DNA of 64,000 nucleotides, from NCBI GenBank assembly GCA_024346625.1, contig AP024666.1, forward strand, positions 682,001-746,000, written 5' to 3'. The stretch is from Williopsis jadinii (Eukaryota). Each line of letters opens with the position of its first letter. The stretch's first letter is position 1. The translations under genes and the position numbers were made by a program. Positions 41,896 to 52,422 of the stretch are shown here, in pieces. The notes under the pieces are model-generated. The model worked only from the letters and a program-made list of their open reading frames with translations, did no database searches and was not told the DNA's origin.

Positions 41896-42304
41896 TTAGT
41901 TCGCATTTTCGAGCTCTTGTATATATACCACTTGCAGATTAATCGTATAGGTAATGTCTTTATGTATCATTGTTACACTTAATCCTAACATTAACATATA
42001 GATTCAAAACAAGATATAAAAAAAGAAACCCGTCAAACTGGCTGATTCATCAATAAGGTGAAGGGGAGAAACCTCAAAAGAGTAACGTATATAGACGTGA
42101 GGAATATAGTACGTTTTGTGAGTACACGTAAACACTCGAAAGCATTTATACCGAGAGGTGGGATATCGGTATAAAATTATCAAAGGAGAAAAGTTGATGT
42201 AGGATGCTGTGAATCATTCCACTAGATCTTGAAACAATCGGGGTCAGGGAAACTTGTTTAGACCTTAAACAAAGATCCTCATCAAATTGTCTGCCCGTGC
42301 TGTT

Positions 42305-43951
42305 TCACTGAGAACTTGTGCCAATGCTCCTCCAATAATTCCTCAGAACAGAGCTATACACCCGATCTGCACCTCTACCAGCCTCATCAATGCTCTTTCT
42401 CAAATGAGACATATTATCAAAGAATTTTTTGCCAAAAAGATTCATAGTCTTGGGTATTTGCTCTTTCCTCACCTCAACTTGTGTCCAAAACGACTCAAGC
42501 CCTCTCCTGCCAGTTTCAGATGCTATAGCAAAGTAATCTTTTGTCTTCACCCATCCCCTCGAGAAAACCTCTGACTCTTTAACCTCGTATACAGTTGTAT
42601 TGAGATATCTGAATAATCCAGCACCCTTCTTACTAGCAGTTTTCAACCCATATTCTGCAGATGGGATGACTGTAGCAGTATACGTGACATACGCAGCATC
42701 ACTGAAAGTACTTATGCTCTTCTTCAACGATTCAGATGAAGCCTTAGTAAACTTAACAACTCTAGGGAAGATAACAGTTTCCAAAAAGATGCGGCGCTCC
42801 TTGTTTCTCCTTTCTGCCTCTTGGTTTATAGAGTTTAACTCTTTCAAGACTTCACTCTTTATTGCGGAGAATTTCGTTTGTATATGAACAGCACCTTTAC
42901 CAGTGGCTTTCCAAAGTTCACGCAGGTTGGATTCATATTGCTCAGCTCCGTGAGACAAACTCTCCTTGATCATAGCGAGATAAGGCTGTGCATTACCAAG
43001 TCCTGCTTTGGTATGTGACATTCCAACACTATACACATGAGAAAGCTTCTCTGATTGGTCGGTAACCACCTCATTTCCCTTGAGAGACGCATACTTGAAC
43101 AATCTGTTAGACAAATCCAAAAAGTCTTTCTTCAGCGAAATGAAATCATCAGCTTCAACTTCAACTGTTGGAGGATCAACTGTAGGCTCAAGGTAAGAAT
43201 AGATATACTTCGAAGAAGGACCATCTACCCCAAAGATCTGAATCGTACGATCGAATACCAGTAGACCAAGAAGCACCATAATACCAATATTTTTCCATGA
43301 AGGTAGATTCAAGCCATGATGAGATCTGACCTTGGTGAATTCCATATGTTGCAGATCAATGTCTTTGCCGCTGATGGTATCAGCAGACTTAACAGGATCA
43401 GGAAAGGAATACGAAAGAGATCGGTTCAACCCAGGTTCTGATCCCTTGAGTGTAGACAGTGACTGTGACTGGCTGTTACAAATGTCATCGAAACAAGGGG
43501 ATATGTTTCCTGTAATTTCAACGTCCTTCATACTTTCCAATTTGTTAGCAGTACGCAACTCTTCGCCTCTCTGTGAATTGTTTGATGTGCAACGGGATAC
43601 TCCACCACCAAACTCAGCAACAGAATCGTCCTCCTCAGTCGATATCACATCCGGGATATTATTCCCACTTGATGAAGAATCCAAGGATCTGATATCGTGG
43701 TCAGTGGCGGCATTCTCATCCGTGAACACCTCTGACCAGTCACCAGAAAGTCTGTACCTGAACTTCACCTCCGCAGCGCTGCCGCTGAACTCAGGGCCAT
43801 TCTTGTGTTGACCCTCGCTTTGCTCCTGGCTGTGTTCATCAGAGCTGATAACACTAAAATCGCTATCAGAGCTTGATTCCTGGCTCCTTAACTCATCAGC
43901 ATCCACCCTTGGAGTGATATTCGCTTCTTGTGCTTGTTCCACGTCCCTCAT
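42305..43951 (-). CDS. single-pass membrane protein, candidate Atg39-like selective-autophagy receptor
   Basis: 548-aa ORF: acidic Ser-rich N-terminus with AIM-like motifs, a hydrophobic segment (IGIMVLLGLLVF) and a helical C-terminus. The CDS is well supported; the function is inferred. Confidence 0.75.
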   Translation of the reverse strand: MRDVEQAQEANITPRVDADELRSQESSSDSDFSVISSDEHSQEQSEGQHKNGPEFSGSAAEVKFRYRLSGDWSEVFTDENAATDHDIRSLDSSSSGNNIPDVISTEEDDSVAEFGGGVSRCTSNNSQRGEELRTANKLESMKDVEITGNISPCFDDICNSQSQSLSTLKGSEPGLNRSLSYSFPDPVKSADTISGKDIDLQHMEFTKVRSHHGLNLPSWKNIGIMVLLGLLVFDRTIQIFGVDGPSSKYIYSYLEPTVDPPTVEVEADDFISLKKDFLDLSNRLFKYASLKGNEVVTDQSEKLSHVYSVGMSHTKAGLGNAQPYLAMIKESLSHGAEQYESNLRELWKATGKGAVHIQTKFSAIKSEVLKELNSINQEAERRNKERRIFLETVIFPRVVKFTKASSESLKKSISTFSDAAYVTYTATVIPSAEYGLKTASKKGAGLFRYLNTTVYEVKESEVFSRGWVKTKDYFAIASETGRRGLESFWTQVEVRKEQIPKTMNLFGKKFFDNMSHLRKSIDEAGRGADRVYSSVLRNYWRSIGTSSQ

Positions 43952-44489
43952 CTCTCCTTTCACAGATTAAACCTCCAGTGGTTTCTTGTTATAAACTTTC
44001 GTAATACTCTTCCCAAATACTTGGTGGCGAGTCACTCCTTTCAGTCAAACAGATGGGAAATATACAGGTATAAGAACACAATATCAACCGTCCAATGTAA
44101 GCAGTATGTCGCTGTAACCAGGATGAATTGAACCAACTACTTTTGGCTTTTCCAGTACGTTTCTTTGTAGTGCTTCTACGTTGACTTTAACTCCAAATTA
44201 AGACAACTCAAAAGTGGTGGGCTAATATTAATAAGGGAACTACCGCTTTAATCCCGTTCCTATAATATATGCCTCATTATCAGAAGATAAGCAGGGAAAC
44301 ACCCCCACACCAAATGGCTAATGTGTGCACCAAATTTGTTTTTTGTGCCATTCTGTTTTGGGAAGATCATCGCGCAATGTGGCACAAAAAAATGTGTCAA
44401 ATTTGCGAAAGAGTATACATTTGCAGTTCTACAAAAGTGTAGACATCCAAACAATGGATTGATGGCTCCGTCTGTATATTGCGAATAGG

Positions 44490-46103
44490 TTATATCTTTT
44501 CGCCGGCCTTTTCCTGTAGCAGCTTTACTTTGCGGTGGAGATCAGCCACGGTGTTTGCGAGCTCCATGAATAGTCTGTACTCTTCGTGTAATGTGCTGAC
44601 AACGAGGCTCATTCCCCCAACATCGCTGATGGAATCCTTTTCTATGCCTTCCACCGCAGCATCGATCTCAGACAATGCCTGTGAGTACTTTTCGAGTTTG
44701 TTTCTGTAAAAGTCAGCCTTCTTATTGAAATACTGATCGATCTCTAGAGATGACGTTTTGTTGCTGGCGTTCAATAGCCTTTGGAGGATGACAAAGAAAT
44801 TCTCCGCATCATTCAGTGCTTCATCGGTATCTGCTCGAAGTCCTTGTAACACTTTCAAATCGTTATCCAATGCCTGATTCGTGTAAGAATATTTGTTCTG
44901 TAGGTATTCAACGTCTCTTGGAATGGACTCAATGACCTCGCTGTGCTCGTCCTTCTCAGCTTTCAATTGCTCTGCTATTTGAACCTGGTTTTGAATGTAT
45001 TGGTCTAATTGCTCCACCTCTCTACGGAAGTTTTCGGGTAGATCACCAATAGTGGTGAGAGGTGTGATATTCGGTAGTGCTTGTTGTTGTTGCTGTACAG
45101 CACCGCCACTGAATAACGATCCACCAGAAATTCCTCCAGCTGTTGTAGTTTGGTTATTGTTACCGAAAAGGCCACCTCCAGTGGTGTTCGCCGTTTGGTT
45201 ACCAAACAATCCACCAGTAGTACCAGCTGTATTAGCACCAAACAAGCCTCCAGATGTAGCTGGTTTGGAACCAAAAAGACCACCTGTAGTAGTGGTATTC
45301 GATGCGTTGCCCGTGTTACCGAAAAGGCCTCCAGAAGTTGTGGTTGTTCCTGCTGGCTTGGCCCCGAATAATCCACCAGAGGTTGCAGTGTTGTTGTTAG
45401 CCCCAAACAGCCCGCCAGTAGTTCCCTGTTGTGCTTTATTTTGAGCACCAAAGAGGCCACCACTTGTGGCCCCCTGTTGAGTATTATTCTGGGTACCAAA
45501 GAGACCACCTGGTTGAGTATTATTCTGTGAACCAAACAGACCACCACTTGTAGTTCCCTGCTGGGCATTGTTCTGAGCACCAAATAGACCCCCTCCACTA
45601 GCAGCTGGGGCTGTGGAATTGTTGGAAGTTGTACCAAACCCTGAAGGCTTTGCTCCAAAGAGTCCACCTGACGTACCAGTGTTAGAATTAGACGCGCCAA
45701 AGAGCCCATTAGATTGTGTATTACTGGCACCTCCAAATCCACCAGTCACTGTATTTCCAGTTGTTCCAAATCCTGTAGCTGCAGGCTTTGCACCAAAAAG
45801 CGAGCTACCGGTGTTTGCGTTGTTGTTGCTTTGGGCATTGCCAAACAATCCGCCAGATCCCGTGGTAGATGATGCCCCAAACGCATTAGTATTGTTCTGT
45901 GTTGCACCAAAAGCATTCGTAGGGTTCGATGGGTTCGTGTTGTTAGCGCTGCCAAACATCCCACCACCATTATTGGTTGTGCTAGATCCACCAAACGCAT
46001 TGGTAGTACTCGAAGAACCAAACCCGCCAGTGGTACTCCCGCCAAAAAGACCACCCGTCGAAGCAGGCTTCCCAAAGGTGCTACCGGAATTTGATCCAAA
46101 CAT
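44490..46103 (-). CDS. NUP49: GLFG nucleoporin Nup49
   Basis: Many GGLFG repeats, then ITPLTTIGDLPENFRREVEQLDQYI and a coiled-coil C-terminus. Confidence 0.88.
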   Translation of the reverse strand: MFGSNSGSTFGKPASTGGLFGGSTTGGFGSSSTTNAFGGSSTTNNGGGMFGSANNTNPSNPTNAFGATQNNTNAFGASSTTGSGGLFGNAQSNNNANTGSSLFGAKPAATGFGTTGNTVTGGFGGASNTQSNGLFGASNSNTGTSGGLFGAKPSGFGTTSNNSTAPAASGGGLFGAQNNAQQGTTSGGLFGSQNNTQPGGLFGTQNNTQQGATSGGLFGAQNKAQQGTTGGLFGANNNTATSGGLFGAKPAGTTTTSGGLFGNTGNASNTTTTGGLFGSKPATSGGLFGANTAGTTGGLFGNQTANTTGGGLFGNNNQTTTAGGISGGSLFSGGAVQQQQQALPNITPLTTIGDLPENFRREVEQLDQYIQNQVQIAEQLKAEKDEHSEVIESIPRDVEYLQNKYSYTNQALDNDLKVLQGLRADTDEALNDAENFFVILQRLLNASNKTSSLEIDQYFNKKADFYRNKLEKYSQALSEIDAAVEGIEKDSISDVGGMSLVVSTLHEEYRLFMELANTVADLHRKVKLLQEKAGEKI

Positions 46104-46293
46104 GACGTATCTTTGATGGACGATTCCTTGAGTAGTTCCACCTCTTTGTTGGTTTGATCCTCGACTTGTCGAACTCTCCTTTTGTTGACATTTTTCAAGA
46201 CTTTGATTTCGGAAAATTCTCTACTATCCTGCGTAATTCTCAGAACGCGTGCGTAACATAGAGAATGCGTGCGTAAGAAGCGAAGTCGCCAGT

Positions 46294-46914
46294 TCAGGCC
46301 AGGGGTAGGACATTATCAACAAATTGATCTGCCCAATTGCCAGAAATGGCGTACCTACACACGGTGTACTGGCCGAAATACGAATCACAGTACTTGTATC
46401 CACATCCTAACAATGTGGAGCTTTTCCAAACAAGCTGTGTAAAATGGCCCGTATCACTAGAAAATACGGGATCGTCGTAATCGTACAGAGCGATTTCGTT
46501 GTACCATGCATCGATTGCGCTGATGGTATCGTATCCCAGTGCTAGGTTCTCACCGTACTGACTGTTTGCCTCTGAGTGGATAAGTGTTCCGTTGCAATTG
46601 TACCCATCTGCAAAGAATTGGGCTTCGTGAGCCAGAGATTCATCCCATAAGAGATCTGATGTGTTCACGTGGAGCTGCCTCTTGTCGTTGTGTCTAAACA
46701 AGGCATGGGCATCCATCGCTTCCATCGTAGTCGTCGTAACAATTGTAGAAGTATGAGTTGTGGTCGTTTCGATATAATTTGTGCTCCATTGGGTTAGGGT
46801 TTCGAATGCAAGTTCTTGAACAGATTCAGTAACTGTTTGAATGTGTGTTTCGTATATCGTCAAAAGAGCACAATTGATCTGATGAATTAGCGTAAAAAGC
46901 ACTAAGGGCCTCAT
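46294..46914 (-). CDS. CAP/SCP/PR-1 family secreted protein (Pry-like, short)
   Basis: HNDKRQLH, YGENLALGY, WYNE, TGHFTQLVWKS, LGCG. Confidence 0.88.
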   Translation of the reverse strand: MRPLVLFTLIHQINCALLTIYETHIQTVTESVQELAFETLTQWSTNYIETTTTHTSTIVTTTTMEAMDAHALFRHNDKRQLHVNTSDLLWDESLAHEAQFFADGYNCNGTLIHSEANSQYGENLALGYDTISAIDAWYNEIALYDYDDPVFSSDTGHFTQLVWKSSTLLGCGYKYCDSYFGQYTVCRYAISGNWADQFVDNVLPLA

Positions 46915-47438
46915 GGTCTATGTATAAAAGGACAAACGAGAAACTACTGACGATTAAGCCACAGATTTGCAACATCCTTATATAATGACAATCTCATCCT
47001 AGGTACTACTTTGAACGAAACACTCTTGTTGTTAGGATGAAACTTGTACTGTTCGCCCGTTCTGAGCAGATGGGCTGTTGGAGGAATTCGCTCTCTGCTG
47101 CAGTGCATTGTCCTTACCAATAACGCAACTGTACAGTTCATACAGTGTAGGAGTAACACCTGTTACATGCGGACATTGATATCAAACAAATCCCTAACAC
47201 GTTCACTACAATGGTCTCCAGAACAAAGTATATCATAAAATAAAAGCTGTAACAAACAGGATATATGGTATAATATGGTCAAGTACACAAGAAAACGGCC
47301 CAATTCAATTGGGCATGAAGAAGTCAAACTTGGAATGGTGTTATCAAACACCATTGAGAAAAGCTAAGATATTTTTTTTTCAGTTGGATGATCATAAACG
47401 AGTGTCATAAAAAAATACATGGGGATATAAAAGTGTGT

Positions 47439-48362
47439 TTAGACCAATGGCAAAACGTTGGCAGCGTACTGGCCAGCGTAGTTACCAGCTGGGTTGTAAG
47501 AACAAATGGTGTATTGACCCCAGATGTTATCACAGACCTTGTAACCACAACCCAATTGAGTGGTTGATTTCCAGACAACTTGGGTGAAGTGGTCACCAGA
47601 TGGGTTGCTCCAGTCGTAGTCAGAGATCTCGTTGTACCAAGCATCAACAACACCGGTGGTGGTGTAACCCAAACCCAAGTTCTCACCGTACTTACCACCA
47701 GAGTGAGTCAAAGTACCGGAACAGTCGTAGTTATCAGCGTAGGCTTGAGCATATGCAGCCAATTCAGATGACCAGGACAAGTCGGAGACACCGTGAAGAG
47801 CTCTCTTCTCGTTGTGTGCGGCCAAGATAGCAGAAGCGAAAGAAGAGTCGGCAGTCTCGGTAGCGGTGGCACTGGTAGTAGCCTTGGTGGATGTTGAAGA
47901 AGTGGTGGTGGTTGGTGTAGTGGTAGTGGTTGGTGTAGCGGTAGTGGTTGGAGAAGTGGTGGTGGTTGGTGTAGTAGAGGTGGTTGGAGAAGCGGTGGTG
48001 GTTGGTGTAGTAGTGGTGGTTGGAGAAGCAGTGGTGGTTGGGGTCAAAGTTGTAGTTGGCTTTGTAGTAGATGGTGTCTCGACACTAGCAGTCTCGGAAA
48101 CAGCCTTGGTGGTTGTCTGAGCCTCTTTGGTTTGGGTGTAGGTGTACTCAGAGGTGACAGTTTCGTCACCGTTAACAACAACAAGTTGGGAAATAAGAAC
48201 CTCGATGACATTACCAACCTTTGGAGCTGGTGTGGTGGTTGGGACTGGTTCAGCAGTGGTTTCTTCGGAACCTGCAGTAACCCAGACAACCTCGGTTTCA
48301 GTGACAACGACTGGGGCAGCGAGGGCACCAGCAGCAAGGGCAAGGACAGTAGAAAATCTCAT
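47439..48362 (-). CDS. PRY1: CAP/SCP/PR-1 family secreted protein (Pry1/Pry2-like) with Thr-rich linker
   Basis: Signal peptide MRFSTVLALAAGALA, Thr-rich repeats, HNEKRALH, YGENL, HFTQVVWKSTTQLGCG, CSYNPAGN. Paralog name tentative. Confidence 0.85.
   Translation of the reverse strand: MRFSTVLALAAGALAAPVVVTETEVVWVTAGSEETTAEPVPTTTPAPKVGNVIEVLISQLVVVNGDETVTSEYTYTQTKEAQTTTKAVSETASVETPSTTKPTTTLTPTTTASPTTTTTPTTTASPTTSTTPTTTTSPTTTATPTTTTTPTTTTSSTSTKATTSATATETADSSFASAILAAHNEKRALHGVSDLSWSSELAAYAQAYADNYDCSGTLTHSGGKYGENLGLGYTTTGVVDAWYNEISDYDWSNPSGDHFTQVVWKSTTQLGCGYKVCDNIWGQYTICSYNPAGNYAGQYAANVLPLV
47895..48065 (-). repeat. 18-nt coding tandem repeat (PTTT[A/T/S][S/T])
   Basis: About nine imperfect gtggtggttgg-based units at 18-nt period. 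Confidence 0.8.
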
Positions 48363-48793
48363 TGTAAATGATAGTATTTTGTATCTTCAAAGATGGAAAA
48401 GGAAAGTAGTGAGCAGTGAGCCTGACGTGGGTGTTTGTTTACACTTGATAGAGAAAGGAAAGGACTATAGTATGGTAAGGAATGAGTATACTCAAAGCTC
48501 TGGTTGAAATTTGGTGATACCTGGTGAGATTGCCTAGTGACTAGCCTGATTAGGGAATGAAGATGGTTGGTAATTTAAACAAGGCTTACCAATTGACACC
48601 TAAGGGCAGGCCCCTGTCGTTTTATATAATTCGCTGGCTTGATAGAGGAAATCCCAAAAGGCGTGCCTTTGGTTACTTTGGGGGAAAGAAGAACTAACAG
48701 GTTTGCAATCTGTGCGTCTGGATGCGTTTACCGCATCCTCTACTACTAAAACATTCACCCGTTACGCATACACAAGCATGAAATTCAGAGTCA

Positions 48794-48807
48794 GTTACCA
48801 TGGTAAC
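48794..48807. promoter_or_regulatory. perfect palindromic RFX X-box-like site
   Basis: GTTACCATGGTAAC, ~430 nt upstream of the PRY ATG at 48362. Confidence 0.55.
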
Positions 48808-51800
48808 AATAAAACTCTAAAGCTTTTCTCCTTTCGCTGAGCGCATCTTCTGAATTTCGTGTGGCTGTTTAAGAATTTGGGGGGCTGGGATCTCTACACG
48901 TTTGGGGGGTCTGGACCGCCATTTTCTTCTGGGTGCTGCAAAAATGCCATGAAATTTCCCTGTTGACAACACACCAGAACTGGAAGTTACGAATAAGCCT
49001 TCATACCGACGCCGACACTGATGCTCAATTAATTGGTCCAAGACAAAGGGGATCAATAGTACACACCATAATAGTGCTATGTGGCCGCAAGCCATATCCT
49101 CGTTCGTTGGCAAGGAAATCAACATTCAGCTCAATTGATTTGCTGTCTACCTTGGAACTACGCGCTTCTCGTACACCGGTAAAACCGCGGTTATTCTGAA
49201 ATTTTCACTGGAAAAAATAGTGAAGTTTGTAAGAACTTGGAACTTGAAGTTGGCGTTTGAAAATCGACATGTATCAAGCTTCACGTGCCAACCCACACAT
49301 ACATACATAAAGTTCAAAAAAAAAAGGTGAAAAAAGAAGCACGGCTTTTAAAACCAGAAGGGAACGAGCCTATGTGAAGCCTGACGCTTGGAGACTTCCC
49401 AATGCTCTTATTCATCCTTAGAACAATTTCTCACGAGTAGGTGTCTGTTACACCACCTCAATTAGTCAAGTTAGCTCTATAATCAAACTTTGCGTACATT
49501 ACGCAATTGGAGCATTTGATATTAAGTTCTTGCTGGAGAAATTTTAAGGATTAGTTCTAACCAATTGTCCAATCAACGCTTCTTCTACGATTGGAAAGTG
49601 GTAACTTAGATGTATACGTCACAAGCGTCATGTAGCCTAGAGCTTTAGTATGGACCTAAGTAAGTGATCCTTTCGGATTTAATCAAGGTGGAACTTGGGT
49701 ATCACGATCCAAGCTGAGGCGTTGTACGCAAAATTCGATCTTAATTGAACACATGACGGACACCTCTACTAAATCCCACTGTGAGGTCCACCTTTCTTTA
49801 AGTTCGTTCCTGGTATTAGATGCATGCGTGTGATTAAATTGATCTCCTCAGGTAACAAGAACCAATACTGTCTATACGCCATGTCAAATCTGCTGTTAAA
49901 GTGTTCCATACCCAGAGTATTTCGTTTTTGTTTTATAGTACATGCGAGGTGAATCAGTTTGTCGTACTCAGGTGAATAAACCCACAGGGATCAAGTCCAT
50001 ATTTACCAGGGCCTAAAGCATGGTTGTAGACATGCTTGGACTTGAAGTGGGATCATTCCGTGTTTCATGGCTTGTTATGTCATGACGTGTGGTGAATTGG
50101 ATTAAATCTACTCAGTTATTGTACGATAGAAGGAACACTTTCAACACATTGAAGTACCTTATGCAAGCAGCAGATTGGGTTTATACACTAGGCTTTGATG
50201 ACGCAACTACTCTCATTCACAAATTAATGAACTCTAATAGACTTTCAATCAAGGTGATATCTTCCCTTAATGCCTCGTGGTAATGTGTCTCAAGTCGTGC
50301 CCTCAATGCGAAGGCACATGTATACATTGAACTGAAACTATTGTTCGATAACTGACCTGCTCCTTTTATGCACACCCTTTATCTACCTCTAATGGTCTCA
50401 TAGGCGCGACCTCTTAGGGGCCATGGTTGTCTGTGAATAATATTCATCATTCTTAACCTGAGCCTACTCTGTTTTGTTCACTGTTGGAAATCAACGTGTA
50501 AAGGAATGAGCGCCATTTGTTGCTTCTTGGGAGATGTTCATCAAATATGTAGACCATTTCAATTGCGTATTATCTTTAGCGTAACTGTGGACGCCTAATA
50601 TGTATCTATCTTCTAACGGTATAACCTAAATAGTATTGTTCCCGGCAATTTTGGCCGTCGAAGTTCAATTTACGAATTCGTTACACCAGGTCACTGGTCT
50701 CATGGAGGAGGTTGATCTTTTGACCACTAGGCTCTGGGATCCTGCATACATAATGACTTTCACGACGATGATTGGTCGTATGTATCCCCATGTCAATGCA
50801 TTATACATGTATAGGTGTTTCTTTAAAACGATATGTCCTTTTGTAACTAGTGGTTTGTGAGTGGGATGGGTTAACTGTTTTGAGGTGTCCTTTATCTCCT
50901 TGTCTGAACAGCACGCGGTAGACATTCCGCACCCACAGACCTTCTAATTTGGGTGTTGATTACTTGCAGCGAATTTTTATTCGGGCGGCCTGCAGAAAGT
51001 CTAGAAGGGCTAAGCAGGATCTTCAATGCAATGCTCTGAAAGAACGACAAGAGGCACACAAGTCCACAGTGGCTCTTGCGCACTTAGCAATACTCACGAG
51101 CTATGATGACTGGTTTTTGAGCTATATGATGTTCGGCTTAATCGAACCATCGGATAATAGAGATATGCTGTGTACAAAATGTGCACAAATAGACGTCTTA
51201 ACGTTATACATAACATTGGTTCCATTTCGTCGTTAGAAACACCTTGAGAAACGACTGCCAAAACCTGTGACATGCTCTTATTCACACAATGCGATTAGTT
51301 TCATAATTAGCCCTTAAATGTCGTACTCTGTATATACGTAGTGTACCAAGTACTCTACAGATCGAATGTGCTCATTATGCACTCTGTGGTTATACCTATA
51401 TCACGTCTGGCCAGTGTAGTAATCATCGGATAGGTACAGTATACAGATGCAAGTCATTAATCAGAATATACCAGGAAGAAACCATCAAGCCTGATCTTCG
51501 TACTATACGTAGTTTATGATCTCCCGAACTGCTTGCGTAATTTCAACCCCTTTCGAATGGAATTGGGTCTCATGTTCTTCGGTGATGGCGTATGCTCCTA
51601 GCTCCTGGCCCAGTGCTGTCTGCCTTACGACGAGCACACATGATTGGATCAGGTGAGCAATGCCTCACAGGAGAATACTGAAAATTAAAGTTTGTTGCAA
51701 GGTTCGAGGCTCAAGGGGGTTTCACCGAAACTGCCGCCAGGGCGATAACAAAAAGAAAAAAACATCTGAACATCTCAGGATTTAAACACCTGGACACCCA

Positions 51801-52422
51801 TTCATCCCAACATCACTCCAATGGTGACACTTGATATGCAAGATATTGCTTGCAGAAAAGTTCAAACGTACGAATTTTGCCAGCCTTATCGAAAAGTAAA
51901 CAAATACGATGCGGGAAATATCTGGTTCGGGAATGTTGTAAACAATATACTTGAAACATTGTGCTTCGCGTACCTTTCTATACACAAACAAGATGTGATC
52001 TGTCTAATCCTTACACTACTTTGACGTGGGAATAAAGTACGTTCATGGGTGTTGTTTCTGATCTATTTGCCCCCGACGTATCAAGGAATCATGGGACCAA
52101 GGAATTAAGGAAGCAAGGATGAACTATACAGTGTATACTTGCTGGTGTTTGAGTAGAACGCCGGATGTACCATCCGAGTAGTAAGTTACTACTCACGGCA
52201 AGTTAAAACACTTGTCTTCTGTCTTTACTTAAAGAAGTCTGAAACTTCGTACCCTTTCTGTCGATTTCAAAACAAGACAACATCAAACTTGCATTGGTGA
52301 AGTGTCCTAATTCTTCTGGGCATTCTTACGTCAACGCCGCTGATCAAATTAAAGTATCAAGTCATCTATATATAGCTGCGTACAAAACTATACACGTATG
52401 ATGACCACATATGGTTATTGAC

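Noticed and set aside
44995..46198. Several 149-245 aa alternative-frame and antisense ORFs
   Set aside because: By-products of low-complexity GLFG coding in NUP49.
51695..51730. GGTTCGA B-box-like motif suggesting a tRNA
   Set aside because: No T-stem pairing, acceptor stem or A box.
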